The position numbers and the translations under genes were made by a program. The notes under the pieces are model-generated. The model was not told the origin of the DNA. It saw only the letters and a program-made list of their open reading frames with translations, and did no database searches. DNA of 63,646 bases, the filler included, from Octopus bimaculoides (Eukaryota): the NCBI RefSeq assembly GCF_001194135.2. It is 4 parts of 3 records of this genome, joined end to end, with 100 filler letters (N's around TTAATTAATTAA, not from the genome) between each part and the next. Parts side by side here need not be neighbours in the genome. Positions count along the whole stretch, not along the records: positions 28,650 to 59,372 come from NC_068989.1; positions 59,473 to 61,685 come from NW_026386709.1; 2 more parts are not named here. One strand, 5' to 3'. Shown here one piece after another: positions 48,508 through 60,732 of this stretch (position 1 is the stretch's first letter; every line of letters starts with the position of its first letter).

Positions 48508-48869
48508 CAGGCTGATTCAAAAGTCATCATACATAGGAACAATTTAACTTTTTATAAGAGACAGTGTATAAGAACAGTTTTTAATTTATTTATCAGGCTC
48601 TATATGATTAGCCTTGTTTTGAATACACATTGCAATACGTTTACCCCACTCATTGTGAACTCGTAATAGCACATCTGGTGATACGTGTGCAAATGAGTTG
48701 GTGATGCATTCCTTCAAATAATTTGTCTTTTATCTTTCCGAGATAAACCATGCCTTTCAAATGCCCCCAAAGATAGAGGGATAAGATCAGGGGATCTAGG
48801 GGATTTTATAAACTGTCCCTTATAAAAAAAAAAAATTTTCCTATGTATGGAAAATTTTGAATCACCCTG
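48508..48869 (-). mobile_element. Internally deleted Tc1/mariner element (362 bp)
   Basis: ~30-bp TIRs CAGGCTGATTCAAAA..CATACATAGG / CCTATGTATG..TTTTGAATCACCCTG, TA on both sides, residual SPDLIPL..GHLKGMVY motif on the minus strand. Confidence 0.8.
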
Positions 48870-49547
48870 TACAATATAGAGAAAATATTCTAAAAGTTAC
48901 TTCTCGGTTCCGCAAGATTTTGAGGTAACTATGTACGGCGCTAGCTGTATTGAAATACAGTCATTCGTTTAACCACACAGGTTTTGAATTGACATGTTGT
49001 CAGTATATAAACTGCCCTGAGCCGGACAGAAGAATGGTACAATCACTTTACATGTCACTGGGAAACAATAAATGCCACAGAAAGATAGTGAAAATAATCT
49101 TCAAAGTGCTCTTGTAGCCATGTTTAACATGTCAGGGCGCTTTAATGATTAGCAAAATTTATATAGTAATAGATAGGTGTAGATATACCCAGTACAGCTG
49201 TTCAGTTCCTTGAGATATTAAATCCTCAAAAAGCGCAGGTGAATCAACATGCTGTTATTACCCTGTGACTGTCTGTCCGTATGAGTTCATCAAATACACC
49301 GTAGAAATAAGTAAAATTAAAAATTATCTAGGTACATATGTGTAATCTATGTGAATAAATGTGCATGTGTAGTGTGTGAATAGATTTATGTATGTGTGAA
49401 TATGTGTGGTGGGATGGAATATAATCATCAGAAATGCTTTGCCCAATCAGAAATTGCAAGACTGAGTTGAAAATATTGCAACGGTGTACTCAATTTTTTT
49501 ACATTATTTACATTCGACGGATATTTGTCATCATCTTGTTTGTTGTT

Positions 49548-49595
49548 AACACAACGTTTCGGCTGATATACCCTCCAGCCTTCATCACGTGTCTT
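49548..49595 (-). ncRNA. Minimal hammerhead (family b) with a C3-to-G core mutation
   Basis: gacac GTGATGA a GGCTGG-agggtata-TCAGCC GAAA CGT T gtgtt: stems I and II are intact, first core C is mutated. Confidence 0.6.
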
Positions 49596-49639
49596 AGGGA
49601 AATTTCTAACCTGGGTTCTCATTCCTAAGGTATTTTTCG

Positions 49640-49688
<49 letters not shown>

Positions 49689-49690
<2 letters not shown>

Positions 49691-49760
49691 TCACTGGCCG
49701 GAATCGAACTCGAAATCTTGGGTTTTGTAGCCCGCGCTCTTAGCCACTACGCCATATGCC
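49689..49760 (-). promoter_or_regulatory. tRNA-derived 72-nt segment with Pol III A box (TGGCGTAGTGG) and B box (AGTTCGATTCC); not a functional tRNA
   Basis: A box at 49744-49754, B box at 49700-49710, correct spacing. Acceptor and T stems do not pair. Confidence 0.75.
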
Positions 49761-49935
49761 TTTGGGCATTTATGGGGTGAATTTTAGGGCTTATAAATCT
49801 CATAATTCTCCTGTCATTCCTTAATACCGGTTCCCATATGCTGCTCATATCTGCACTTGGTCTGCTTAGGAGGTTGTTCTGTCCTAGCATATGTGCTGCT
49901 TCTCTTAGTTTTCGCATTTTCCAGTGGTGTTTTCT

Positions 49936-50461
49936 TAAGTTGGTGAATGCTACCATAATCTTTGCCTTCAGTTCAACTTTGGTGTTACAAGGAGTTTTGT
50001 TGGTCTCTCGCTCAAATGCGCTCTACACATAATAATCAAGGGGGGTTGCAGTCTGGGGAGTGAGGTGGCCAGATGGCTGGGGAGTGAGGTGGCCAGATGG
50101 CAGGGGAGTGAGGTGGCCAGATGGCTTGTGTGGCATGGTGTAGAGTCCTGTTGCCAAAGGCCTGTTGTCTTCCAGGAGGAGCCACTTTTTGCCCCAGACA
50201 CTTGATGTAGGCCTCCGTGTTGAATCTGAGGCCGTGTGGGAAGATGAATGGAGTCATAACGTCGCCATCACTAGTGATCACTTCAACCTTCATGATGTTG
50301 ACCGGATGTTTTATTTCTATCATTCTGGGTACATGTCCGCAGATTGCACTGTTCTCAGTTTGACATCCAAACAATAAAATGTTCCTATTGGAGCTTCCGG
50401 CGCGAATGCCAAGCAGTACAGCATGTCGTTTCCAAATTTCTGGCAGAGTGAATGGCGTCAT
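49936..50461 (-). mobile_element. Internally deleted maT/DD37D-like mariner transposase fragment with a 24-bp triplication (50053-50124)
   Basis: KRHAVLLGIRAGSS, KHPVNIMKV..SDGDVM, WQQDSTPCHTS, (IWPPHSPA)x3 DCNPPDY, ERETNK. Fused at its 3' side to the PLE fragment. Confidence 0.8.
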
Positions 50462-50659
50462 GGTGGTGTTTTTCGCATGGACAGTGCCCAGCTGACCCCA
50501 CTATATTATATAGTCAACAAAATCAAAATCGAACAACGCGCATGCGGGAAATAATGTGAAATGGCAACAATTTACCCATCGCATATATATATATGTGTAT
50601 ATATAGAAGTATATATGCATACGTATATATGTATGCATGCATGTATATATATGTATGCA

Positions 50660-50707
<48 letters not shown>

Positions 50708-50777
50708 TATATATATGGGTATATATGTATGTATGCATGTATGTGTGTATATATATATATATATATATTTATACACA

Positions 50778-50831
<54 letters not shown>

Positions 50832-51375
50832 AACATACCGCACTGTCGAAAAGAAATGTTAAATTTTCAGATGATTGTAAACATATGATAAATTTCTGTT
50901 GGTGAATTGGAAAATGCTGTGTTATGACGTTACGGTCAAAGGTGACATAACTTTAATTCTCCATGTTTTTTCTATTTCTTGTTTCATTATTTTCCCTTTT
51001 TCCTTTCGTTTTCCAATTATTTCATCATTCCAACTTTTACATCTACCTTCTTCTCAACCTTTTCCTGCATTTACTCTTTGTTGTCCTGATTGATCTTATG
51101 CCATGTGAGCATGAGGATAACACAAATGCACCAGAAGTGTTATAAAATGCTCTTTGTGCCCTTTCATTGCGTAAATCTATTAGTAACTCGAAAATATATA
51201 TATATTGTGTTCCTTAAATAATATTTATCTCTCACCTGGTGGAGTTCTCTTTTTCTTTTTTTTTTTGTTCATATCTTTAATGAGACATTACAAATACAAG
51301 CTGTCAGCAGAACAATAAAACTACGCAAAACTTTGCTCAGGTTTGAAATGTGACATTGATTATGTTATCTACATT

Positions 51376-51720
51376 CAAGTGTCTGCTACTATAGCCTCGG
51401 GCCGATAAAAGCCTTCTGAGTAGATTTGGCAGACGGAAACTGAAAGAAGCCCATCGTATATATATATATATATGTGCGTGTGCGTGTGTGTGTGTATGTA
51501 TGTATGTATAAGTGTATATGTGTGTTTGTGTGTCTGTGTTTGTCTCTCTAACATTGCTTGACAACCAATGTTGGTGTGCTTATGTCACCGTAAGTTAGCG
51601 GTTCGGCAAGACAGACCGATAGAATAAATACTAGGCGTACCAAGAATAAGTCCTAGGCTGGAGATGCTCGACTAAAGGTGGTTCTCCAGCATGGTCGCAG
51701 TCATGAAACAGATAAAAGAA
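51376..51720 (+). mobile_element. SINE family A (truncated head, internal microsatellite, tail)
   Basis: Matches 20420-21028 and 60733-61286. Confidence 0.8.
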
Positions 51721-51810
51721 TAGCGACAAAAGGATTCCCAGCATGGCGCTTACTATATTCGTTAGAAACCTGCTCCAAGAAGAAATGATTAAATAGAGAT
51801 GAGGCATACA

Positions 51811-52106
51811 CATGCGGCTTAGTGTTTAGTGCATTGAGCTCTTGATCGTACGATCGTGAGTTCGATTCGCAGCATTTCGATATGACCTTGAGCAAGATGC
51901 TTCATTTCACGTTGCACCTGTTTACTTAGCTGGCAAAAATGAGTAGTATCTGTATTTCAAAGGGCCAGACTCCTCACACTGAATCTTCCGGAGAACTACG
52001 TTCAGAGTATGCGTGTCTGTGGAGTGTTCAGCCACTTGAATGTTAATTTGACGAGCTGGCTCTTCCATTGATTGGATCAACAGGAAGCCTCGTCGTCGGA
52101 ACTGAC
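51811..52106 (+). mobile_element. SINE family D
   Basis: GGCTTAGTG..A box, GAGTTCGATTC B box, CCTTGAGCAAGA...TTAGCTGGCAAAAATGAGT. Confidence 0.75.
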
Positions 52107-52674
52107 ATATTGTTAGCATATATGCGAATTACTTTCAGGTGTTTTAACACCAGGCTTATTGGGAATATATTCTCTTACGCCTAAAAACACAGCCAGCCGA
52201 TCCACAAACAACATACACTTTGTGTGTGTGTGTTCGATTTTGTTTTTTTAGATCTCGAGCTGCCTCTAATCAATATTTGCATACGACCTCGAACCCACAA
52301 GAGTCAACAAGTGAGACAGAGACAGGCAGAAACAACAAAAATGTCCCTGGTATTTGGATACTACATAAATATGTTTTTAAAAAGATTTTTCATTTAAATT
52401 TGCCAAAATTTAATTTTTGCAAAACTTATTATCCATATTTACTGTTGAAAATATCTCAAGGATCGAAACCGGTACTGAAATGTTTTTTATAAAAGTATTT
52501 TAGCATTTTCTGCTTTGTCTTTTTTCCACACACACACATATATATATGTGTGTATGTGAGTGTGTGTGTGTGGAAAAAAGACTGAAAGTAACCACGCCAT
52601 AGAGGAAACACGTTTTGTTTGTCACAAAAATGACATGCTTTCAGATGCGACAGTTTTGTTGATGTTATTTTAAC

Positions 52675-52915
52675 CACAGGTCTTCCCTATACAGTCCATC
52701 TTTGATCAGAGGCATTCCAGCCAAGACCACTTGTTTTCTTTTCTTTTCCTTCCTTTTTCTTTCTCCTTTTTGACGGTGGTAACTAGACCAACATCAAACA
52801 TCATCGAACTACTGGCTTTGTTTTTTTTTTCTTTATCTGAAAACGGTAAAGCTCTGCTGTTGATTTAAGTGCTATTTCAAGCAAGTCGTTCGACCACATA
52901 GAGGCTGAGTCGTTG
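52675..52915 (-). mobile_element. Repeat family C, degenerate
   Basis: GATCAGAGGCATTCCAGCCAAGACC and GCTATTTCAAGCAAGTCG..GACCACATAGAGGC resemble 27994-28427. Confidence 0.4.
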
Positions 52916-54988
52916 TTGGTTAAAGCAGGTTCTTTAAATAACTAAGGTCGTTTGTTGCCTTGGCAACGTATTTGTCAGTTGGGGCAGAAAATACCAGATT
53001 GACGTATTGATAGAAAGCAAATAAGAAATGCTTTTATTTTCTGCTCGGAAATTTTCTTGCATGCATTTTGTATTTTACTTCGTTCCCCCTCTCTTACCTC
53101 CACCACCTCTCTCTTTCTCCCTCTGTTTCTCTCTCTGTCTTCCTCTCTCTCTCTCTCTTGCTATATTCCCTATCTCTTCCCTTTCTCTCTTTTGCTCTTT
53201 TCCTTCCCTTCTCTCTCTCTTTAATAAATTTCCGATCTTTCACCTTTCTCTCCCCCTCTCTCTCTCTCTTCCTCTATCTCCCTCTTTCTACTACATTCCC
53301 TATCTCTTCCCTCTTTGTCTCTCATTCATATTTCAATCTGTTTGGTTCTCTTTCTCTTTCTCTCTCTCTCACCCTTTCTCTCCTTGCCTCTCTCTCTCTC
53401 TCCCTTTCTACCTTCCTCTCCCTCTTTCTCTCTCTCCCTCCCTCTCTCTGTATGATACTGTCTCTTCACCTCTTTTGTTTTCATCGCTGTCTCACTACCC
53501 ATATTCTCTCTCTCTCACTCTCTTTGTCTCATTCCATCTTTACATGTTCATCCTTTCCACTTTTCTCTCCAACTACTTTTTCAGATGCACTCCTCTCTTT
53601 CCATCTCTCTCCCTTTTTCTTCTTCATTCTCTCTCTCTCTATATATATATATGTCTGTCTCTCTTCGTCTGACCATCCTATCTTTCTCTCATTCGCTTTA
53701 TTTTTCTCATACTTCCAACAACTGTCTCCGTTGCTGTCTCCATTTTTCTCTTTGATCTGCTTCGCACATTTCTACTTCCCCCGCTTTGTCTCTCCCACTC
53801 ACTCTATTCCCCACTCTCTCTCTCTCTCACTCTCTCATCTATCCCATCCTTATCTCTCTCCTTCTCCTCCCTCTCCAACCTTTTATCTTTATTTCATCTA
53901 TTTTTTTCGTTTGAGTAAGTTTTTGCTGTTTTAGTTTTCGTTATTTTACGAAATCACTTTAAAATCACCACTGATATTTGTCAGAGCATATTGCAGTCAA
54001 ATATTTGAACTTAAGAGAATCTGCTGTAATGGCTGAATGTTCTTCAGTTCTTGTGCCAATGCCAAGACTAAATGGAAGGCCCAAAATAAATTACAGCAAC
54101 TGACATGAGGAACCAATAACAGACGGAACCCCAATATAGCTCCAGCTGCTAGAAGTAGAAACCATATTTACTTCCACACATACCATGTTATCATAAATAG
54201 GGCAATAACACATTAGTTACTGTGTCCTTCCCATAACAGATTGAATGGTAACCACTAGAATGTTCGCAGACTCATGGTTACTTGACCCAGATTAACCTAG
54301 GGTTAAATAACAAACGCTATTTTCAATAACATCGGAAATAATAGTTTGGGTGGACTCTCTCATCGCTTGAATGGATAACACTTCAATGAGACACATCGAA
54401 GTATATTCTCAGTTAAGAAAGTGTGGTGATGATGGCGCCGATGTATTGCATTATTGAGGAAACTTCTCGAAGAATATTATAATAACAGGAATTGTTTGTG
54501 CAGCGCAAGTCCCACTCTCTCGTCCTTCAAACTTTTATTGGTCTGGTGTAATAAGTACAACAAGCCCAGTAATTACTAGAATGCCGGATCTGTACAGAGT
54601 TACTATCTCTTGGATGAGCTCTTCAATAGCTAAAGGGCCTCGTCTGACTTGGGTCCGCTGGGGTGTCTGTGTGTGAGCTGATACAGTTTATGACTTTGTA
54701 ACTTAAAGCTAGCAGCAATGTTCTCTAAAGATTCAATCACAAGTCTCCTCAAATCTCCAGAATATATTATTATCATTACAACTCAGAACAGTGAATTGTC
54801 GGATTTGTTAGAGCACCGGGCAGACAGAACTGCTTGCGGTAACTGTCGCGTTTCTGTGCATGCTGAGGAGAATTCTAAACACTTGAAGGACAGCTGAAAA
54901 CTTGTAGATACCTAAGGTTATAAGCTTTACCCACATAAATCCTATCATGAATAAGACAGGACCTGAAGCAAACCAAAATAAAAATAAA

Positions 54989-55040
<52 letters not shown>

Positions 55041-55041
<1 letters not shown>

Positions 55042-55234
55042 GATTTCAAATTTTAAAACAAACATAATTTTCTTATGGTTTCTTAAACATTCTCTAGAAC
55101 AACACTATGTACAAATCCAAATATATGGTACCCTGGGTATAACATCTACATGAACTTCTAACTTGTTGTCTCTTGAGGTCTCTGGATGAGACTTGGATCC
55201 AACTTGTACAAATGCAAAGCAAAAGTCAAACATA
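55041..55234 (+). mobile_element. Probable 3'-UTR-only retroelement insertion embedded in an (AAT)n tract (R4/Dong-like by context)
   Basis: Unique 194-nt segment flanked on both sides by (AAT)n (54989-55040; 55235-55249). No coding remnant, so the clade is inferred only. Confidence 0.4.
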
Positions 55235-55252
55235 AAATAATAATAATAACAT

Positions 55253-55440
55253 CGAAAAATACCTTAGGAATGAGAATCCAGGTTCGAAATTTCCCCAAGA
55301 CACCTGATGAAGGTTGGAGGGTATATCAGCCGAAACGTTGTATTAAACACAAACAAGATGAAGACAAATATCTGTCAAATGTTAATAATGTAAATAAAGT
55401 AAATAGTGTACATAATTCCTCATCTCTTAAATATAGAACT
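55253..55440 (+). mobile_element. PLE pseudo-LTR (family b), second copy
   Basis: About 90% identical to 49494-49639 and also directly preceded by (AAT)n. Confidence 0.75.
55299..55344 (+). ncRNA. Minimal type I hammerhead (family b), intact core
   Basis: gacac CTGATGA a GGTTGG-agggtata-TCAGCC GAAA CGT T gtatt: palindromic AACGTT stem III, predicted GUU site at 55339, one stem I mismatch. Confidence 0.7.
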
Positions 55441-55871
55441 GTAATATATATATTGTGCACCGTGTTGGACTCCCTCGCCGCTTCGAAGAACGAGGGTTCA
55501 GAAAGAAACAGCTTTATAACGACTGTCACCCTATGGCAGCCATTGTGCGGGGTCAAAGCTGAAGACTTCCTGTAGCATTCTTCTCTGCTTATCTCCGTCA
55601 TTTTACCTATCGCCACTTATGAGGAGCATGATGGTGTTGCTATTGGTGTCCTGATTAGCTGGTACGTTTTATGATAAATTCAAGAAGTGATATCTCACGT
55701 CAATCGCACCCATGAATAAATAATATTCACATACACAATGAATATAAGCATATTGGACAAACAAAGACGAGTGACTAAAGTACCCTGCTTTCGCTTACGC
55801 GCGCAGGGAAGGGAGATATTATGCGGAGGCAACACATTACAATAACATAACTAAAACTAAAATATAGTTTC

Positions 55872-56312
55872 AAATCGTGGTGCAAAGCCAGAAATTTCGG
55901 AGGAGGTGGGAAATTGAATTACATCTATCCCAGAGTTCAACTGGTATTTATTCTGTCAACCACGAATGGTTGAATGGCGAAGTCACCCTCGGTGGCATTT
56001 GACCTTAGAACGTAAATTTGGAAGAAATGCCGCTAAGCATTTGGTCCGGTGCGGTATACGATTCTGCCAGCGCGCTGCCTTGCTGCTAGACCAAAATATT
56101 CGTTTCTGCTATAGGTGCAAGGTTTGATATTTTGGGTAAAGGTGACAGTCGATTATATCGACCACAATGCTTGACTGTTTATCTTATCGATCTAGAAACG
56201 ACGAACGGCAAAGTCGATCTCGGTGGAATTTGAACTCAGATCGTAAAAAGGGAATAAATGCCACACTAAGCATTTTGCTCGGCGTGCTAACGATTCTGTT
56301 AGCTTGCCGCCA
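55872..56312 (-). mobile_element. Two tandem SINE family B copies
   Basis: 55872-56080 and 56102-56312, each followed on + by CTAGACC-AAATATT. Confidence 0.7.
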
Positions 56313-56995
56313 TACTAGACCTAAATATTGTAAATATATTTCATAGAATACATTCAACATGATTTTTAATAAAAGAATCTAAACAAAACCAATCGAGAGA
56401 ACTTAGGCCATGTACACGGAGAGCTGCGTTCAGCTGTGCGCTAAAAGCAGGCAGAGAAAGCAAGGAATTGGAATAAAAGTACTGAAATAAAAGCAAAATA
56501 TAAGCAAATCCACAGAAGGTAGAAGCTAGTTTATAACAATAACCTGGCTGCGTATATCTATCTACTATTTGTAATTTACCTGTCGGTATGGGAGATGAAT
56601 ATTGGAAATTAATAGAGAGCTACAAGGTATAAAGATTTTCTTTGTGAGGTTTCGATATTTTCGTATAGCTTTACTTTATCGCTATCTATATGAGTGTACG
56701 TGCGTTGTGTTATGCGATTCTGCTCTCTTTCCCCCGCAACTTCAAAAGTTACTGACGCACGAAACCCCCCCCCCCGCAAGTTTAGGAAACGCTATCCATA
56801 TTATATATGATAAGTGTTTGTCTATCTATCTATATCTCGCTGTCTGTCTATCTATCTATCTGTCCGTCTACATATGTATATATGTACCTGTCTGTCTCTA
56901 TGTATGTAAATAAATACATATCTACGTAATCAATACACAAATATACAATCAAATAACTTCATACTTACATAGCTTCAGATATGGGTGCATGTTTT

Positions 56996-57048
<53 letters not shown>

Positions 57049-57809
57049 ATTTATATGTATACATGTGTGTGTATGTCACTTGAGGGATGGTGGGGTGTAC
57101 AAAGGTATGACGGGTAAACTATTCTTAGGATTTGCTGCATCAATGAGTTCTTGGTAATGTAAGAAAGAGCAGAAGGAATGGATTGCTGTAACAATAGACA
57201 CGCACACGCACATACGCGTACACACACATGCTCATTCTCACATACATACACAAACAATGAGAAAGTAAACAACATGGAAATAATGAAATAAAAGGAAACC
57301 TCACAGAAAAGGAAAAAAAAAAGCGTTCATAATTTGTAGCTTTCTATTAATTCCCAATATTTCCAATATGTCCGACCGAGGAATCGTGTTAAAGGCAAAA
57401 GAAGAAATATTGATAATGGATTCAGTTGAATTATTTCAATTCTTGAGACACGACTTCTGGTGTTGTGCTGTGGACGACTCCATCAGCGCAAACACCATGA
57501 ATAGATTTAAGTTTGTATGTATGTATGTATGTATGAATGAATGTATGGATGTATGAATGAATGTATGGATGTAAGGATGCAGGCGCGTACGTATGCATGT
57601 AGGCGGGTAGGTATGTAGTTATCTAACTATCGATTGAGTTGTCTATCGATCCATTGATCCACATAACTGTCTATCTACTAATCTATCTACATTTATATAT
57701 GTGCAAATTGTACATTATATATATATATATATATACATACATACATACACACACACACACATATATATACATATATAATTCTACATATATATATATCTAC
57801 ATATATACC

Positions 57810-57893
<84 letters not shown>

Positions 57894-58294
57894 CATACAT
57901 ATATATGTACTCATATATATATACATATATATATATACATATATATGTACTCATATATATACATATACACACACATATATATATACATACATATATATAT
58001 ACACATACACACACACACATATATATACATACATATATATATATGATATATATATATATATACATATTTATATATATATATATACTTAAAGTATGTACAT
58101 CCGTATCTACATACACCTATATTCATTATAATGTTTTGCATTGTTTTGTTGTTTTTCCGTCACTGGGAGTTTGGTCAACAGACTTTCTCCACCTAATGTA
58201 CAGATGTTAACAGGTCAGATGCGCTGCAGTTGAACATTCTGATGTATGTGGGAGAAAAAAGAAATACCGAATGAACAAGGCTGCATTTACAAGT

Positions 58295-58555
58295 AAAGGA
58301 ATTTTACATAGAATATGTGTGATACCTATAAAGTTGGTCTTTTGGAAATCACATATATTAGGGCAGTCAGGTATTTGTTCTACATACTTGTTTGCTCCTC
58401 TTGGTATAACTCCAAGAGCCGCAATAATAACAGTGATGTTGTTTTAGAAATGTCACATTCTTCCGATTTCAGTCTCCCGGTCCTTATATTTACTCGGTTT
58501 CTCAAAGGTACACTTTTCTCGGCTGGGTCTGCAATATCACCACACATAATTATTG
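58295..58555 (-). mobile_element. R4/Dong-clade RLE C-terminal fragment, decayed
   Basis: EKPSKYKDRETEIGRM*..VIIAALGVIPRGANKYVEQIP..FQKT..GITHILCK resembles EK..KY.DL..E...MW....PV..GALG.....LQK....GTAHILRK. Confidence 0.7.
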
Positions 58556-58559
58556 CGAT

Positions 58560-58755
58560 GAACAGGCAGAATCTTTAGCACGCCGGTCGAAATGTCTAGC
58601 GATATTTCATCTGTCATTATGTTCTGAGTCCAAATTCTGCCGGGGTCGACTTTGCCTTTCATCTTTTCGGTGTCGACCAGTGAAATACTACGGTCGATGT
58701 AATCGACTAGTTCCCTCCTCCAAAATTTCAGGCTTTGTGGCAAAATTTGAAGCCA
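58560..58755 (+). mobile_element. SINE family B
   Basis: TTAGCACGCCGG...GAGTCCAAATTCTGCCGGGGTCGACTTTGCCTTTCATC...GGTCGATGTAATCGACTAG. Confidence 0.8.
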
Positions 58756-59214
58756 CTAATTTTATTGTTATTCTTAAGGTCGCAAGACAAAATGCTTTCC
58801 TATTAGCCTCCAAACGCCTCGTCACATAATTTGAATAACAACTCTGTGTCGTTTATTATATTTTTGTTTACTTTCTTAACTTCTTCGTTTCGTTCCATTT
58901 ATGTATTTTCCCGTTTTTCTCATAAATATCCTATCTACCATTTTCCTTAGAGTCTTGTCTTTTCTTGTGTTTCTATTTTCTCACTTTTCTCTGCTCGTGT
59001 ATATCTATGATATGTAGTCATTCAGAACCCAACAGCTGATATAGTTGCCACCAACATAGTGAAGAATCATATCAGAAAGTAGCGAAATTGTGATGGTATT
59101 TGGTCGATAACTTATGTGGGATGAGCATGTCCATCATTGTATAGTTTCTCGTTTTACCCTATGCTACTTTGTCGTTCCAGTGTGCATCCGTTTTTCCATT
59201 CTCCGAACTTTCTG

Positions 59215-59250
59215 TCTTTCCGACGAAGGGCTCCGCTCGAAACGTCATAC
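59215..59250 (+). ncRNA. Degenerate hammerhead motif (family c)
   Basis: CCGACGA a GGGC-tcc-GCTC GAAA CGT C: U4-to-C change, GUC site, poor stem I. Confidence 0.45.
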
Positions 59251-59989
59251 TCTCTCTCCTTCCTTTCCCGAGCGTCCAATATCACTATCCGTATCACGTC
59301 CTCACTTTGTTGTTTTTTCGTTATTGTTTTTTGGTGTTTTTTTAACTTTATATATATATATATATATATATANNNNNNNNNNNNNNNNNNNNNNNNNNNN
59401 NNNNNNNNNNNNNNNNTTAATTAATTAANNNNNNNNNNNNNNNNNNNNNNNNNNNNNNNNNNNNNNNNNNNNAAGTGTTAACAAGAACAGGACAGTGAGG
59501 ACAAGACAGTAAAAACAAACAGCGAGCGCTGTTAAGCAAAGACGGTAGAAAAATTATGAACGCTAAGATAGATGTGCACGAGAGAAGAGACAGAAAAAAT
59601 ACGTCTTTTCTATAGGAAGGCAGTGAGCAGAAAGAAAGATCCCTTTTCGTGTCAGCGACGAGAGGGTCAAGGAGGAAGAGTGAGAGAGAGCGATGCATAT
59701 GTACATATGAGTAAAAGTTCAAGGCGGTGCCCCAGCATGGCCGCAGTCTAGTGACAGAACCAAGTAAGAAATAAAAGATAATACAATTGCTGATGGTGAT
59801 GGTGATTTGTAGATAATATTATTTGAACAAAATGACAGGAAAAAAGAGAACCATGAGTTTTGGAAATGGAGGATTCTCTGGATTCTGTGAAATCCTTCTT
59901 CAATGTCAAGTTGAGAGAATGGAAAGAGAAGAAAGCCAGATGGATTCTACAACCTGTGTGTTTGAGGAGACTGGCTGAAGCCCACACAC

Positions 59990-60365
59990 ACGCGCACGTG
60001 TACACACATATATGCAAAAGCACACATAGACACATATGCATAAAAGCACACATACACACATATGCATAAAAGCACACATACACACATATGCATAAAAGCA
60101 CACATACACATACATACACGCATGCATAAAAGCACACATACACACTTTTGCACACATTCACACACACACAAAGTTTCACCCACGCACACAGACACACATT
60201 CACACACATACATACATACACACACACACACACGTGCACATTCACACACTACACACACATAAACATACACACTTTTACACACATTCACACACACACAAAG
60301 TTTCACCTATGCACACAGACACACAGACACACATTCACACACACACATACACACACACACACACA
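59990..60365. repeat. CA-derived minisatellite: ~26-bp units (CACACATATGCATAAAAGCACACATA) then a ~125-bp duplication
   Basis: Units directly visible. Confidence 0.85.
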
Positions 60366-60732
60366 TTTGGTATCAAGAGTTTACCAGAGCGGTGCCTGTT
60401 GTTCGTGTATCCATTTACTCCTAACCACTCGACAATCATTTCCTCTTTGCTTCTCGTGTCTCTGCTGTCATCACTGTCACACTTTGAAATATTTCAATAT
60501 ATTTCCTTGGAACGTTTTTATCTGTTCTTTACCAGAAGAGAATCCTTATCAAGATTCTTACATTCTTGGTATTGACTGAGGTCAAGTAAAGGATTCTTAA
60601 TGCCAAAATTTCTGCATTCTTTAGTCTGAGGACTTAACAAAAATATTCATCTATTGGTTCATCACCATTGGTGTTCACAATTTTGTACACTTGTACATCT
60701 ACACACACACACATGCACACACACATCTGTAT

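Larger units (their letters stand above)
49494..49934 (-). mobile_element. Penelope-like 3' end: EN C-terminus, tRNA-like segment, (AAT)n, pseudo-LTR with hammerhead
   Basis: HWKMRKLREAAHML..NLLSRPSADMSSIWEPVL resembles the PLE EN tail (W..RK.KEA..I....NR....LS.IW.P.L). 49494-49639 is about 90% identical to 55253-55398. Confidence 0.7.

Noticed and set aside
49689-49760. tRNA gene
   Set aside because: A and B boxes are present but the acceptor and T stems do not pair; treated as tRNA-derived.
57330-57510. AFNTIPRSDILEILGIN, resembling an RT motif
   Set aside because: Too short, and on the wrong side to belong to the Dong fragment at 58.3-58.5 kb.
60390-60620. Possible old RTE RT remnant (VPRKYIEIFQS) on the minus strand
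   Set aside because: A single short motif amid stops; unverifiable.
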